Shown here piece after piece: positions 1 through 13,500 of a DNA stretch of 64,000 bases (positions are counted from its first letter, which is position 1; each line of letters opens with the position of its first letter). This DNA is from Phoronis australis (taxonomy: Eukaryota > Animalia > Phoronida). Made by a program: the position numbers and the translations under genes. The stretch lies in contig NMRA01000407.1 in assembly GCA_002633005.1 (NCBI GenBank), positions 62,001-126,000 on the forward strand. Reading direction: 5' to 3'. A model generated the notes under the pieces. The model was not told the origin of the DNA, searched no databases, and was given only the letters and a program-made list of their open reading frames with translations.

Positions 1-517
1 CCTTTTAAGCAAAACACCTCATGAAAAATCCATTTTAATTGATGAAAAAACAACAAAATCGATCATGCTTATAAAACTCGCAGTTAGCAAAAGGCAAGGG
101 AATTGTTCATAAAAGAGTGCACATGCGTGGAAACCGTAGGTATCAAGCTCTCAAATTTGGAATGCCAGGCCCCTAGCCAGGGGGGTTCGATCGAATCCCC
201 CGAGGAAAAGGCCCAGCCCCAGCCTATCTGTTAAAGATATGATTTAGATGAACAACAACAGCAAACAACAACAAACAACAACAACAAAATTGATGCAGCT
301 ACTGGAACTACATTGATAACTAAGTTAGTACTAGTAATTTTGAATTTGCTTCTAATTCAAAGCGCTTCACGTAATCATCGGGTCCTACCCGGCCCCAGGG
401 CCCAATTTCGCTCGAGGGGTGTTTGTGCAGATGACAGGATCGTGCAGACGATTAGAAGAGGGTTTGGGCCATTCCTTGGCATTGAACGTGCATGGTTGCT
501 ACACCATTATCGTCGAT

Positions 518-653
518 ATGGGCGGCGCACCATAGGGAGCTGGGGGGGGGGGCTATAGCCCCCACTTTTTTCAGTGCTACGCCGCACATGGTCTACACAA
601 GGGGGACTGAGCGGGCTTTAGCCCCCCACTTTTTTCGATGCTGCGCCGCCCAT
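518..653. mobile_element. Short GC-rich MITE with 12-bp TIR
   Basis: ATGGGCGGCGCA at 518 and TGCGCCGCCCAT ending at 653; internal duplicated TAGCCCCC(C)ACTTTTT. Confidence 0.55.
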
Positions 654-679
654 GTATTATGGTTGGCCAAAAGGGTGAA

Positions 680-856
680 CGTTACGGCGTTAAATTACGT
701 GCGTAAGTTAATTCTTGTTAGAGGTATAAAGTAATTATTTACGGCGTAAAGTTATTTGCGGCGTAACTAATTATTTGCCGGCGTAAGGTAATTATTTACG
801 GCATGAAGTAATTTTTTGAAGCGTAAATAAATTAGTAATGGTGTAAAGTAATTATT
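680..856. repeat. Degenerate ~20-bp minisatellite (AAAGTAATTATTTACGGCGT-like)
   Basis: About 7-8 imperfect tandem units. Confidence 0.7.
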
Positions 857-2072
857 TCCAAATTTTGAATTGAAGATGATCGTCAACTGATTGTTGTTCA
901 TCCACTGTCTATCTTGATTGTGGATTGCGTTTCTATTCTTTAAAAATCCAGTTCACGCCAACGGTAAGTTCACTACAGGCAGTTGCTCAAACCCAAAACC
1001 AGACATTTAAGTAGCGTGTCTTCTTGCACTGACAAAACGCCGACGAGCATGAACATTGAAAAATATTGAGACAATTATAATACACATACTATATTATGAT
1101 TTTATAAAAACGTAGTCAACATGTTGTCATTAACGTCACTTCAACTACACACTGTAGTGATTTACACAGGAAATCAACAATATTATAGCATTTCTATTAT
1201 AATATTAATCTTTTATCACACCTATTTCAAAATTGGTCTTACAAAAACAAAAAAAAATTATTGCTTTAGGGAAATCAACATAACAAATCCATTGAACATT
1301 TCCAACGAATTACTTTTGGAAATTAATATTAGACTAAATCATCACTGAATCATAGACAATGTACTTAGGACTGGTTGATAGTATAATAGTCTCTCACACG
1401 AAATCAACAACTATATGAAAGCAATTTCTACAATAATCAATGACATGCATTTTCTTTTAAAATACTAACTGGTTAGAATAATGGTATGTAAGTATTGCCC
1501 AATGACACTTAGTATGGCCATTTAAATCTATCTAAACACTACAAAAATGTACTGGTTCTGTTAAAGATCCTTTTAAAATGACACAAATGTAGCAAGAAAC
1601 TTGAGGAAAAAAGGTTCAAAACAAAACGTTAAAATGTTATCACATCAGACAACTACAAACCATAAACGCTGTAAATCTGAATAAACTATAGTGATTTAAC
1701 AACCTTTACCAGTGGACTTAATGATTTCATTCATGACGTTTCTGCTTGCTATGCCTGTAGAAGGAGGCATACTGTTTGCATGGCATGCCAAATTCACAAC
1801 AAAAAGGAGTGTCCTCGCGCTGTGATGCAATGTCCCATAAGGCTTACTCTTTCCGTGAATCATTGATCACAGATAGGACACTGAATCGATTTAGCTTGGT
1901 TCCTGAGCACAATGTTACATGCTCTGTTTTACTATATTGGTAAAAAACTCTTGACGCATGCAATGTGTCAATCACAGGGCTGGTAAAGGTCTTGCTTTGT
2001 TGTAGTGTCACTGTATTTTATTGCCATGTGGTCATATTTAGCCAATTTCTTAGTTCCTTAACCAGGCTCCAC

Positions 2073-2393
<321 letters not shown>

Positions 2394-3479
2394 TCCGTTG
2401 TGACATGCAGCAGTTGTACTACTCTTTCTTGGAGGCGAGGACGTTAACACCCTGAAGGACTCCTCGTGTGGCTACAGTTCAACTGAAAAAAATCAAACGC
2501 ATTCACTTATGTTTGTTAGGCTAGAGTCTCACTTAGAAATAATGAAAAAAACGATGAAATGTTAGTAATAACCAACCCATCAACTAATTCAGTTTCCTTA
2601 TTATTCTAAAATTATCGACATAATACCGTAACTTGAACGACTATTCAGGCCGATGCAGAGAAAAAAATATGCGTTCACTATCGCTTTTTTGCGTTCACGA
2701 TCGCCATAGAGAAGTAACGATATCGTTCCCGATCGCCGTCTCACACAAGGACCAGCTTGTATTGGTAAATATCTCAACAAATCATAACTGACAAAGGTGT
2801 CACCAGGGACGATAAACGTCACACGTCTCTTCTTAAGAACCCTGAAATTGCTAATAACAAGTAGAAATTGTCGATTTTACGATGCGCAAGGCATTTTACC
2901 GAAAGCCATTGCTTTCCGAGCTCATTATTTTAAAAAATAAGCAAAAGCCAAGTATTGTTTCAGATCCATAACAAAGGTTACACTCTGACGCTTTTCTGTG
3001 TGTAGCACTCAATTCGTACCAATGTGCGAATGTCTGAAAGGGGGTAAATCTAGTAGCTAATAGTCTGCCCTGTTCCCCCCATCCGGCACTACTCAAAATC
3101 CTGGATCCGTCCCTGTATCCGACTAATTTGAGTCACATCTTCAGTTTACGAGCAACCGTCACGGCGTCATTTCTTCTCGTCTCAGAAACATAGAGTTGAG
3201 AGTCATCGTTGTGTATACAGATTTCCCTTCGACCTAATTTAAGCTGCGTCAAGGGCCTTACGGAAAATATATATACAGTGTATAGACCTTTGCAATATCA
3301 AAGGTCCAGCGTTCCATGAGAAATTCGAACCCGCACACCCTGTCCAATGGTGGCTACGGGCCTGAATACTTTAGTTGAATGGACCTCCTTGCCCAACGAA
3401 GACACGCCCGATACCTTCCAAAGTTACGCTCCCGAGAATACGCGGTCATTAAGTTATTTCAACCCACAACGTCACAAAG

Positions 3480-3568
3480 CACGAGGGCACGTGCGGTTTG
3501 CATGAGTGTGTTTCATTGTGCAATTTTACAGCGTTACGGTGAAGTTCAGACTTGAGTGCTTGGTGAGT
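3480..3568 (+). promoter_or_regulatory. Possible promoter and non-coding first exon of the DMRT gene
   Basis: CpG-richer stretch with E-box CACGTG (~3488) and donor TTG|GTGAGT at 3563. The DM exon starts at an acceptor (10470), so an upstream exon is needed. Confidence 0.3.
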
Positions 3569-4124
3569 ATGCCTACTAAGTTGAGTGGGAGACACTTTGT
3601 ATACTTCTAGTTTGATTTTATATTTCAAGCGTACACAGATGGAAACGGTATGAGCATTAGCTCGTTCTTAAAACGTAACTTTCCTAAGATTGGGACTAAT
3701 CACCTATAGTTTCCGAGGCTGGAGACGACCCGGGTCCGTTGTTGTTGACAACTTCTCTAGTAGGCTACCGTAGTTGGCTAATCCCTTGCTAACGTCGTGA
3801 AATCAGATTACGGTAGCTGACTTTGTGGCAAGTTAGTATCGAGAAATTCAAGAACTGTCTCAATATTGTCTTTTATATTCAAAAAGTCATCTTGACATTT
3901 GGATGGGGTTAAAAGAATACAAATCATGTTTTCGGGTGACCGCCCGGCCGTTACATGACCGGAGGTGTATCAGTTGAGTGATATTAAAACGGGATTCAGC
4001 TCAGTAAAAACACTTACTGTGTTATAGAATGGAAATCATCCTTGATGAGTGGTATTTCTCTACATAGTTGCCTGACTTGCTCATGCTTGCTAGTACCGTG
4101 AGCAGGATTTGTTTAACTTAAAGC

Positions 4125-4327
4125 TTGCGCGCAGCGGGGGCGGGGGCTCGGCCCCGCCGGGGGCTCACAAGAGCCCCCCCATTTGTCGAACTGGGCAAAA
4201 AAGTCTGCCCCTGAGAGACAAAAAGTCCAAGAAATGGGACAAAATTTCACTAAATAAGCGCAAAAGGTCCACAACGTCAGCCTGAGGAATTCGAGCCCCC
4301 CCATATTGAAGGCTGGGTGCGCGCATG
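4125..4327 (+). mobile_element. GC-rich MITE, family shared with 59914-60170
   Basis: GAATTCGAGCCCCCC..AGGCTGGGT and AACTGGGCAAAA..AAAAAGTCC segments recur inverted at 59914-60170. Confidence 0.6.
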
Positions 4328-4432
4328 TAAAATGAAAGGAGTTTTGAATATTTGCTACAAACTTCGAGAATCAAAAGCCGGGTACACTAGCGCTTTATTT
4401 TGTGTAAGAGACATCTTAGTCGGGCAAATCAC

Positions 4433-6715
4433 AATCAAAGTCCATATAATATTCGGTGGCAACTTTTGGTGAAAAATGAAGGTTGTCATATAACTGTAAA
4501 AGCTGGGTTATTTTAAAGTACCATCATTCTAAGTTTGTAATCTAAAATATTTTTGCACAAGAACCACCGAATAAAATTTTATGGCCTAATGCATCACAGT
4601 TGTACAAAAGAGTACGTACACTACAACTTGTGGTCATAGCCATCTTCTACCATGCAGAAATTCATAAGGTAGCTGTTAATTTGACAAGTTCTTGATCAAA
4701 TTGAAGAAGTATCACATACTAAAGTAAGAAAAGTTATTACCGTGCTGATCAATCATGATGATACATTGCATATCTTAACACAATATAATGAGAACTTCCT
4801 CTCTTGCAATATGATTCTTACAAAAAGAAAATGACAAGTAAGTACCTTTTTCAAAAACTTTATTGGTGCTATTTGCCTAGTTTTCAAATACATTTACCAA
4901 TTGGTTAAAATAGTTAATGCAACACTAGGACCAGTGTTCCACAGTAAAAATGGTACTGGTGGGGGGGGGGGGGNACACTACGCACAGTCAATCAACATCA
5001 AATTTTGACTAAGTTACAAATGTATGGGATAGTCACGAGTTTTGTGCTGCCCCTACTTGTTGATTTGTTGCAAGTTGTCTTGAGAGATAGAGAACCTGCC
5101 TCTGCAACACCAGTTGTCACATGACGTGTCTTCTAGGATGTTAAGTACTAGCCAAGGCCTGTGTGGCATTTTATTGCCCAAAAATTTGACAATGTCCATT
5201 GTTTTTTTGTCAGACTGGATTGGAAATATCAATATTGTTCATGAGAACAGCAGTATGTAAACATACTTGTACTTTATAGCATAGAGTTAGTTCATTTACC
5301 AAATCTACTCAAAGAGAACAAATAAAAAGTACAGTATACATGTGCATTTCTGTCTGTCATTCTTTGAAAACAGGCACATGTTCAAATATAGGGGTACATA
5401 CACTACACAAATGCTAATGTTTCACTCAAAACAAATGTATTTGTGTATTTGTAATTAACACCCTTTTAACCTAGCATTTTTAAAGAAGGAAACTGTCTGT
5501 GACAAATGTTGCTTACTTACCGTGTACTAATATTTTTGTTTCATGGCATTTGTTCACATCGGGTACGTACACTACACAGGAGTACGTACACTACACAGGG
5601 GTACGCACACTATACATTTCAATGACATGTCAGGTTTGTAACTAAACTAAGAATCTACTGAGAGTTTGTTGATTTACTAAATCAATTCAAAGAGAAACAA
5701 TAAAAAGCATGTAGCATTCATGTGTATATCTGCCGTACTTTGAAAATAGGCACAAATTCAAATATAGGGGTACGTACAATACACAAATGCTAATATTTCA
5801 CTCAAAACAAGTGTAATTGTAATAAACACCCTTTTAACCTAACATTTTTGAGGAAGTAAACTGTCTACGACCAGTGTTGCTCACTTACCAAGTGATATTT
5901 TAATTTCATGGCATTTGTAAACTAACATGGGGGTAGGTACACTACAAGGAGGGGGGTACGTACACTACATCACTGTTTCTGCATCACATGGTAACGATGT
6001 TGTATAGCCATTTATTTTTCTTTGATGATAAGAAGCACCATGTTATTATTTAAAAGGCAATAATTTCATTTGAAATGACCATTTGTGTTACTGAATTCCA
6101 CACGGGGGTACGTACACTACATTTTGTTAGCCTTTTTGGCCCATTTTCAACATAGCAGAACTCAGTCAATATCCAATTTTTGTGGTTTATTTAGACATTG
6201 AATAATTTGCTGTGCTGCCTAGGCTAACATATTCTGTATTTTTTTTATTACGGTACAGGTGTGAACTTTAGTTTTTAACCTTCTTTACAGTAGGTGAGGG
6301 TTTATAAGGATTAACACAGAATTTACAAATTTCGTAACGAGTATCGGTTTTTTGATGAACCCTACCATTTCTCAATGGTAAGTTAAGCGCAGCTTAATCT
6401 AAGTGATCATTCTAAAAGTGACTCAAGTTATTCCCAGTCATATCTAAGCAATTGCTTACTTGATAAAATAAATTTCTTTTCTACTATTGGCAATTGAAAA
6501 TTGTAATTTTTAAAATGGCCACTCCTAACGCTAAAAATGCATGGAATTTAGACAAAAACATGCATAAATTTCTCAAACATTGTCCGATTTTGGGGATTCT
6601 TTTTTAATTTGCGCAACTAAATAACTCTTTACTTATGAGATTCAGTTGGCATTTGGTAAGTAAAAAATTTATTTTAGACCGTAACACACTCAACTTTCGA
6701 ATATGGACCTTGATT
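4433..6715. mobile_element. ~2.3-kb non-autonomous TIR element (possibly Kolobok-like) with internal repeated GGGGTACGTACACTACA motif
   Basis: AATCAAAGTCCATAT (4433) matches the reverse complement of ATATGGACCTTGATT (to 6715) at 14/15. About 9 motif copies in 4611-6122; internal direct duplication ~5280-5570 vs ~5660-5950. Confidence 0.5.
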
Positions 6716-8136
6716 CTGATTTAGCCGAGTGGGAAAGTAAAGTAATTGTCATAATAGGCCAAAACTGGGTTCAGTAGCTAGATTAAAAATAAAAGTAAAA
6801 TTTTTTTATAACATAATCTAATTTCATGTACATCCATAACCATGGTAAGCAAAGATGTTTGTTTTTTATTAAAATGAGGAACAATGGAATATAGTGCTGG
6901 AAGGGGGGGTGGGGTGGTTTGGTGGTCCAGTTAATCGAGGCATACGCAATGGTGATATCTGGGGGTGCTTTCATGATAAGAAAATACAAGGAAAGCAATA
7001 CAAGGAATAGTAATGTGTACAATTGGATGGCACGTAACAAATAGAACAAGAGATAACTCTTCCTGATAGAACATTACAGGCTCCCCAGTTTCACTGCATT
7101 CTGTCCTTGGATCAGTGTATTAAGGTCACTGAAATAAGGGCTCTGTGGCTTAGTGGTTAATACACAAATCAAGTAGCTCCATTGTGTTGGGCAGGCAGGT
7201 TACACAACATAGCTACCATGTAATCAACAAAGGAACAGCAAGGTGAAATTAAGTTTCTCAAAGTTTGTGGCCAATTGTCTAATATTATGTTTCTTGGTTT
7301 GTTTCTTTGTTCCCACATGCTACAGGTTGTCGCATTTCATATCTGATCAGGGCGGAATTAACACAAAACGTGTACCGTGAATGGCTTGAAGCGTGTTGTT
7401 TTTGATTGAAATCAGCCGCAAGACGACACTGGTAGTCATTTTTCACGTTTTTGGTTTGTGGAGATATAACTCTGCTGTATCTGGAAGTCTTTGAATAAAT
7501 CATTTCACAGGCTAACGAAGGTGTGCCATTTGTTTTTCTCTCTAGGCTTACCATACTCAAATTATTTGAGATTTTCTGATGACTGCTGTCCAACTAATTG
7601 TATTTTGGTGCCGTTTTCAGCATTCCAAGAATTGCACGATGACTTTTGTCTGTAACCTCAAAATCCAACTGCTGTCTGGTGGTTTGGTAATTGGCCCAAT
7701 TATGTTGCACACCCAGAAGAATTAATGAGAAGCATACTATTGTATCATCAAACAAACGGATTGTAAAAGTCACATTTCTTGTCCAATTTTCAAAATTCAA
7801 AAAACCTAATCATGAGTGCTTTTTTGAACTATTGAAATGTGCTATTTACAAATTTTCAAAACAAAAATTTAAAAATACTTACTGCCGCCCCTAATGTGTC
7901 TATGATGGTCTCATTATCTAGAGAACAGTAACGTCAGCAGCCTGAGGTGATTTAATTAACCACAACAGCATGGGCCTTTGATATGAATCGGCAAATTCTA
8001 TAGTTCTCAAATTTGTGGAGTTCACCAATCTCAACAGGTTAGAGTGTCAACGTAGGATTCTTTTCATGAGTATAATCCCTAATTGGATTTGCCCGAAGTT
8101 TAGTATGTGGATAGCATTGTGAAACCTTGCTACGAC

Positions 8137-8702
8137 TCGCTGGTTCCCTGCGTGTAGATAGCGCGCAGGTACCATTCAGTAGCATGCATTTTATCCCTGG
8201 TTGATGTAACCTCGGCAGTCATTGGTTAGCTTTACAACTAAAAAAGAAAATGATGGACTAGCTGTGAATGATTTTTAGCCTTGCCATGCAAGTGGTGTAA
8301 CAGCAGTAACGTTTAATATCGTCATGCTTGAAGCACATAGATGTTGCAATAAACACATATCTGACCGATTTAAATGGTGTGTAATATTCATACTGTATGA
8401 ATACAGGACAGCAACGTAAACAAAAGTGAGCAACAGTAGAAAACTCTGAAAAGTACGTGCAACCACAATTTTTTGGGATTCACATTTCTTGATTATGAAT
8501 TAAGCTCCAGGTTGTCTGTACAACAGACCACATTAAACACTTCCTACATCAGTGATGTCACTAGTTTGTTTGCATAAAGCGCTACCACCTGCTGAGAATT
8601 CGACCAGCCAATCAGAAACTCCGGTGTAAAAAAAATTCCCGAGGAAAAACACATGATACCTGCATGTGTTCTAGCACCTAGCAACACACAGGGAACCAGC
8701 GA
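8137..8702. mobile_element. MITE with ~19-bp TIR
   Basis: TCGCTGGTTCCCTGCGTGT at the left end and ACACACAGGGAACCAGCGA at the right end. Confidence 0.7.
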
Positions 8703-9039
8703 TCGAGTTTTACGGACTAATTTCTAGCTGCACTTTGTTGGCCTATCATCTTCGCGCTAACAATTTTTCGTCTGCTCGACACTCAATTTACGCATGTTAT
8801 TTGTCGAGTCAATAGCTGGAATTGTTTCGAAATAGCGAAATTCACCTTTTAATTGACTAAACACGTTTATATATAATGCTTTTCTAATAAATTTCCAGGA
8901 GTGTGTATCAAAGGCTTTTGAAATCAATTTGGACAATCACAGCAGATAAATTTTTTTTGTGTTTCATACTTCATATTAATCTAGTATTTTCGCGCAGAAA
9001 ATGACCTTTGGTCACAATTAATTAAGGTGTTTACCACCT

Positions 9040-9893
9040 TTTTTATGCGCCCACATATTTATATGTGGACGCATTATGCCGTTATCTCCGTCCGTCAGTC
9101 CATCCGGGTGGCGTCCGGCTGCTTTATCTCCAAAACCCTTTGACATACGTTCATGAACTTTGGCACATATGTTCCATTCATGAATGGGACGGCATGAGCG
9201 AACTTTCGGACGGATCCGACTACCGGTGTGCCCCCTAGTGGCAATTTTAATTTTTTACGCTTACCTTTGTATCTTCAAAAGTCTTGAACGAATTTTCATA
9301 AAATTTGGTATGTATATATAGGCACCTATTAGTGAGATGACGTACGCTATCTTCAAAGGTCCGCAACAGATTTTCATAAAATTTTAAATATAGGCATCTA
9401 TTGGTGTGATGACGCTATCTTAATTCCTGTTTTTGGATGGATTAATCGAGGTATTTTGCACCACCCAGTGGCCATTTTTGCTGTTTTCAAATCTTGTTTT
9501 TGGTGTCCACCCCTGTATCAAACAAATCATTTGAATATTGGCATATATGCATTGTTCTCAGTGTGAAGACGACCTTTGATGATGGTGACTGACTACTGTG
9601 GTGCCTCCTAGTGGTAGTTTTGTTTAGCGCCCATAGTACTCTTAAACCCACTGCAGGATCTTTACTAATTTTAGTAAGTGTGCCCACTTAGTGGCTATTT
9701 CATTTTATTCTGTTTTCCTTTTTTCTCTGAAGTTCCTTGACAGATTTTAGGAAACACGGCATGTTCCTGTTTTTGGATGGATTGTATGTTTTTGCGCCAT
9801 CTAGTGGCCATTTTTATGATACAAATAAATAACCCTAAAAGCACACCATTTGCAAGGCATGGGTGCATTTCAACGCTCCGCGTTGCTCTTGTT
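9040..9893 (+). mobile_element. Helentron-associated (HINE/DINE-1-like) element
   Basis: 5' T-run, subTIR and inverted repeat (ATGCGCCCAC..GTGGACGCAT), CCGT microsatellite, ~150-bp cores with CTAGTGG, 3' GGGTGCAT, hairpin CAACGC-TCC-GCGTTG, then CTTGTT. A homologue lies at 49388-50977. Confidence 0.75.
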
Positions 9894-10500
9894 TGACTTT
9901 GAAACTGGTACGCTTAACAGGCACCTTGGTTATGGCTGCAATCATCATTCACACATTCGGCCTAGCCATGATGAACAGCGATAAGCTCACTTCCATGTGT
10001 GATTTCACTGTGTATAGTCTTTGATCTGCCAAGAGATTCGCTGAAGACCAAGGTGAGGGACGTACGCATTGTGGTCCACTTTCACGCAATTAGTGCGAAA
10101 CCTACGAGTTGCCTACTTGTCAATTAACTAATCCGAAAACAAATTTAAGAAGCCAAGTCATAAAAGTACAGGCACAAAGGTTAGAATTGGATCATATTGT
10201 AATTCCAACCAGTGTCACTTGGTTTGGGGAAAACAGGTGTAGCATCTGATGGAAATACTCATACTAGAACAGTGTCGGGTGGTTTTCCTCAATTTCCAAC
10301 TGCTAGTGTGGGCCTTAGTAATTGGCTCATTATATTGTGTGCACAGCTGAATTAATGAAGCAGAATACTGTGGCTGTGAAGTACTGTCTTGTTTAAGGTT
10401 GTAAAAGTCACACTCTTGTTAATGGACAGTAATTAACTCTGTTCAAACTACCTGTTGATATTTTCCATAGAAACGAGGTGTGAACGCTGCTCCAGTCAAA

Positions 10501-13500
10501 ATGTTTACTCGACCTAGGATAGAACAATCTTGTGACAAAAAGTCTCCCAGTTGGCGGTCGCCTGTTAAAGGGCCCCTTTGTGCTCGCTGCCGAAATCACG
10601 GGGTGTACTGCCTCAGGAAAGGTCACAGCACTTGCCCCTATAAAGGTTGCCAATGTCGGGAGGGGTGTTACCTCATCAAGTAAGTCCACAGAACAATTTC
10701 CTTTCAAGAAAATTATGTACATTGGAATGTTTACATGTATTTTTTTGTTTATTACAGACTGATGCAACGTGACTAATTTTCACAAATTTTAATAAAAAGG
10801 AGTTGGAATTGACTGGATGTACAAATCCTGTGATTATTTTTTTGTTAAAACTTGCTTACTGGCTTTTTGGCCAATATGTGGTCAAATATTTCTGTCATTT
10901 TAACTGTTAAAACAGCTAAAAACCTCAGTGTACTTACCAAATTATTGTTCCTAATTCAGGTAAGAAGTGATTTTGGGGTTTGCAAAAAACTGACAGTTAC
11001 TTGAGACGTGGTTGGCTCATCAAATGACACGGCTGCTGGACAAGCCAAAATTGTATAGTTTGCAGGGGCGGATCCAGGATTTTGAGTTAGGGGCGGGGGG
11101 CCAGGGCAGAGTATTGGTCAGGATTTTGCCCTTCAGACATTCGCACTCCTGAACTACCAAATGGAATTTGGGAGAAATTTTAGGATGGGCCTTGACCCCC
11201 TCCACATCAGCCACTGGCTAAATGGTCTCAATCGCTGCCATGCAGTTCTTTCACATTTCCGTCCAATTTGACCAAGGAACATACTGTGAATAATACGCTT
11301 ACAAGCAAGTGATGTATCAATTAATTTCTAAAGATATGCTGGAATTTTCACCTGCTGGTCCTTCTCAGTGGCTTTTATTAGGACCAAAGAGAGCACAGCA
11401 CTGGAGCTCAGCAAGGTTGTGATGATTGCATTGTTCGGTTGGAGCAAGACCAAATTAAGTGTATTTACCTGACTGCCTGTTCATAATGGTGAATTTTCAA
11501 AATGCATTAACCAATAATTTTGTTAAAAACGAACACCACGGCAGTATCAACTGGAAAAAAACAATCAAGTAAGGTTTTGGATTTTTTAAAATCAATGAAC
11601 TAATTGGTAAGAAAAAAACAAGTAGACAGCTATTAAAAGTGAAAGAACAAAAACTGGCACGAAACATATTTAAAACCATCGTTCCTTTTGGAAGTGGCCC
11701 TTGGTCAAGATAAACACAAACTTTTTTAGTCAATTTGTAATATTTTAAATATACCAAGTTAAAACTACTCTCCACAGTTGCAAGCTTTAACGCTGTGCAA
11801 AAAAATGCCAGAAAAAAGCAAATTGGTCAAAATAACAACCCTTATTGTAGAGACAATAGTTCATTAGCTCAGATCTACATCAACACGAAGGAATAGCTGA
11901 ATAGCTATTAGGCATCATAAAAGTTGTCTGGGTCTCATAGTCCGGGAGCCAGGCCGGGGCCTGAACCTGGATTTGCTGGATAAAGTTTTATTTTGCTGTT
12001 TCATGTAGCCTAGCGTTAAGTAAGCATGATTTAGGGGGGTGACCGTTCGCAACCCTTGAGCATTTTTTTAAATATGCAAATTAAGGTCGCCATTATGCAA
12101 AATTCTATTTTTGCTTATAATTTCGTTACCAAGCACTGCAAGTGGTCAAAAGCAGAAATTTGTTTTGTAAGGGAAGACAAATTCATATAGTGGCTTAACC
12201 CTTGTCCTGCTGAGCTTCTATTCAGACTATTTCCCTGTGAGCTGAGCTAAGTAGGTCACCACTACTGGGGCTGTACACTAGGTTGTTATGAAGGTCACCC
12301 GGACTTTTAAATTGGAAATTTGAAGGAGAAATTTTAATTTTATAGAAAAGAAGCCAACATAAAAGTTGTTCAGAATTTAATGAAGATATTCACCATATGT
12401 ACATCTTCATCATAGTCTTAAGTGAAAATAAACTGATCCACAGTCATCCTCACACCTCTGGCACTTAAGCCATTATAATGAAACTTTATGGGTCTACTTT
12501 TACACAAACAATATCTCCCGAAGTACAAATCACAGCCACACGGTTTAAATCGGAAAAACATAGAGAGAACTGTGAACTATGGAGTGTGCATGCTCACATA
12601 TCTAAACAACATCCAGGGCTCTCACAATTTCTGAATGAAAATCACAAGTGTCCTTGGGTGAGTACACTCTCCTACTGCTCCCAGCTGCAGCTTGCATATA
12701 GTGGATTGAATACACCCAGGGTGATGTAATAGGATAAATGGCAAGTCTGGCTGACCTCCCCTAGGGCAGGATACGGATTATGCACCTTTCCAAAACCCTG
12801 CATGTGTCAGGCTTATAGTTTACTTTATGTTCATTACATTAAGTGGTCTAAATTAGAAAAGTAAGTGTGATGTTGAATGGTTTAATTATATATAGGGGCA
12901 GATCCAGGATTTTGAGTTGGGGGGCAGGGCAGAAAATTATACAGGATTTTGACAGTCAGACATTCGCAACCTCGTACTGCCAAATGGAATCTGGGAGAAC
13001 TTTAGGGGGGGGGGGGGGNGGGGGCATGGCCCCTTGGCCTCCCTTAAATCTGCCACTGTTATAGATGCATTAATCATAGCTGACTAATGCATTCACTTAT
13101 CTAGGCAAAGAACAATAATCTCAGAAGAACAAAAGCGGTTAAAGAAAAAGGATAATGAGGAAGAAAACTGCCAAAAAGGGTCAAAATCATTTTTCCTGGA
13201 AGCCATGCATGCAGGTAATTGTCAAGGTAACCCACTTGTTTAAAAACGTGAAAAAGATGTGTACAATATATATTATGATACAATGTTGTACAGTGAACTT
13301 TGCATAGGTGATATTGTGTGCAGGGCAGCTATTTTGATTCTGTTTTTAATCAGCTGAAGCTGTTATCCCCAGGTTAGCTTGTAAAATCGGATACTATAAA
13401 ATTTTCATTACCAAAAGGAATATCGGAACCATAATCGACTTCAGTTTATTGGGGTTGGCCAACTCTAAAATTGGGAACTTGAAAATGGCACATTGCCGGT

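Noticed and set aside
7138-7170. tRNA A-box-like sequence (also B-box-like bits at ~185, ~3325, ~61197)
   Set aside because: No cloverleaf can be formed; at most these are SINE or MITE relics.
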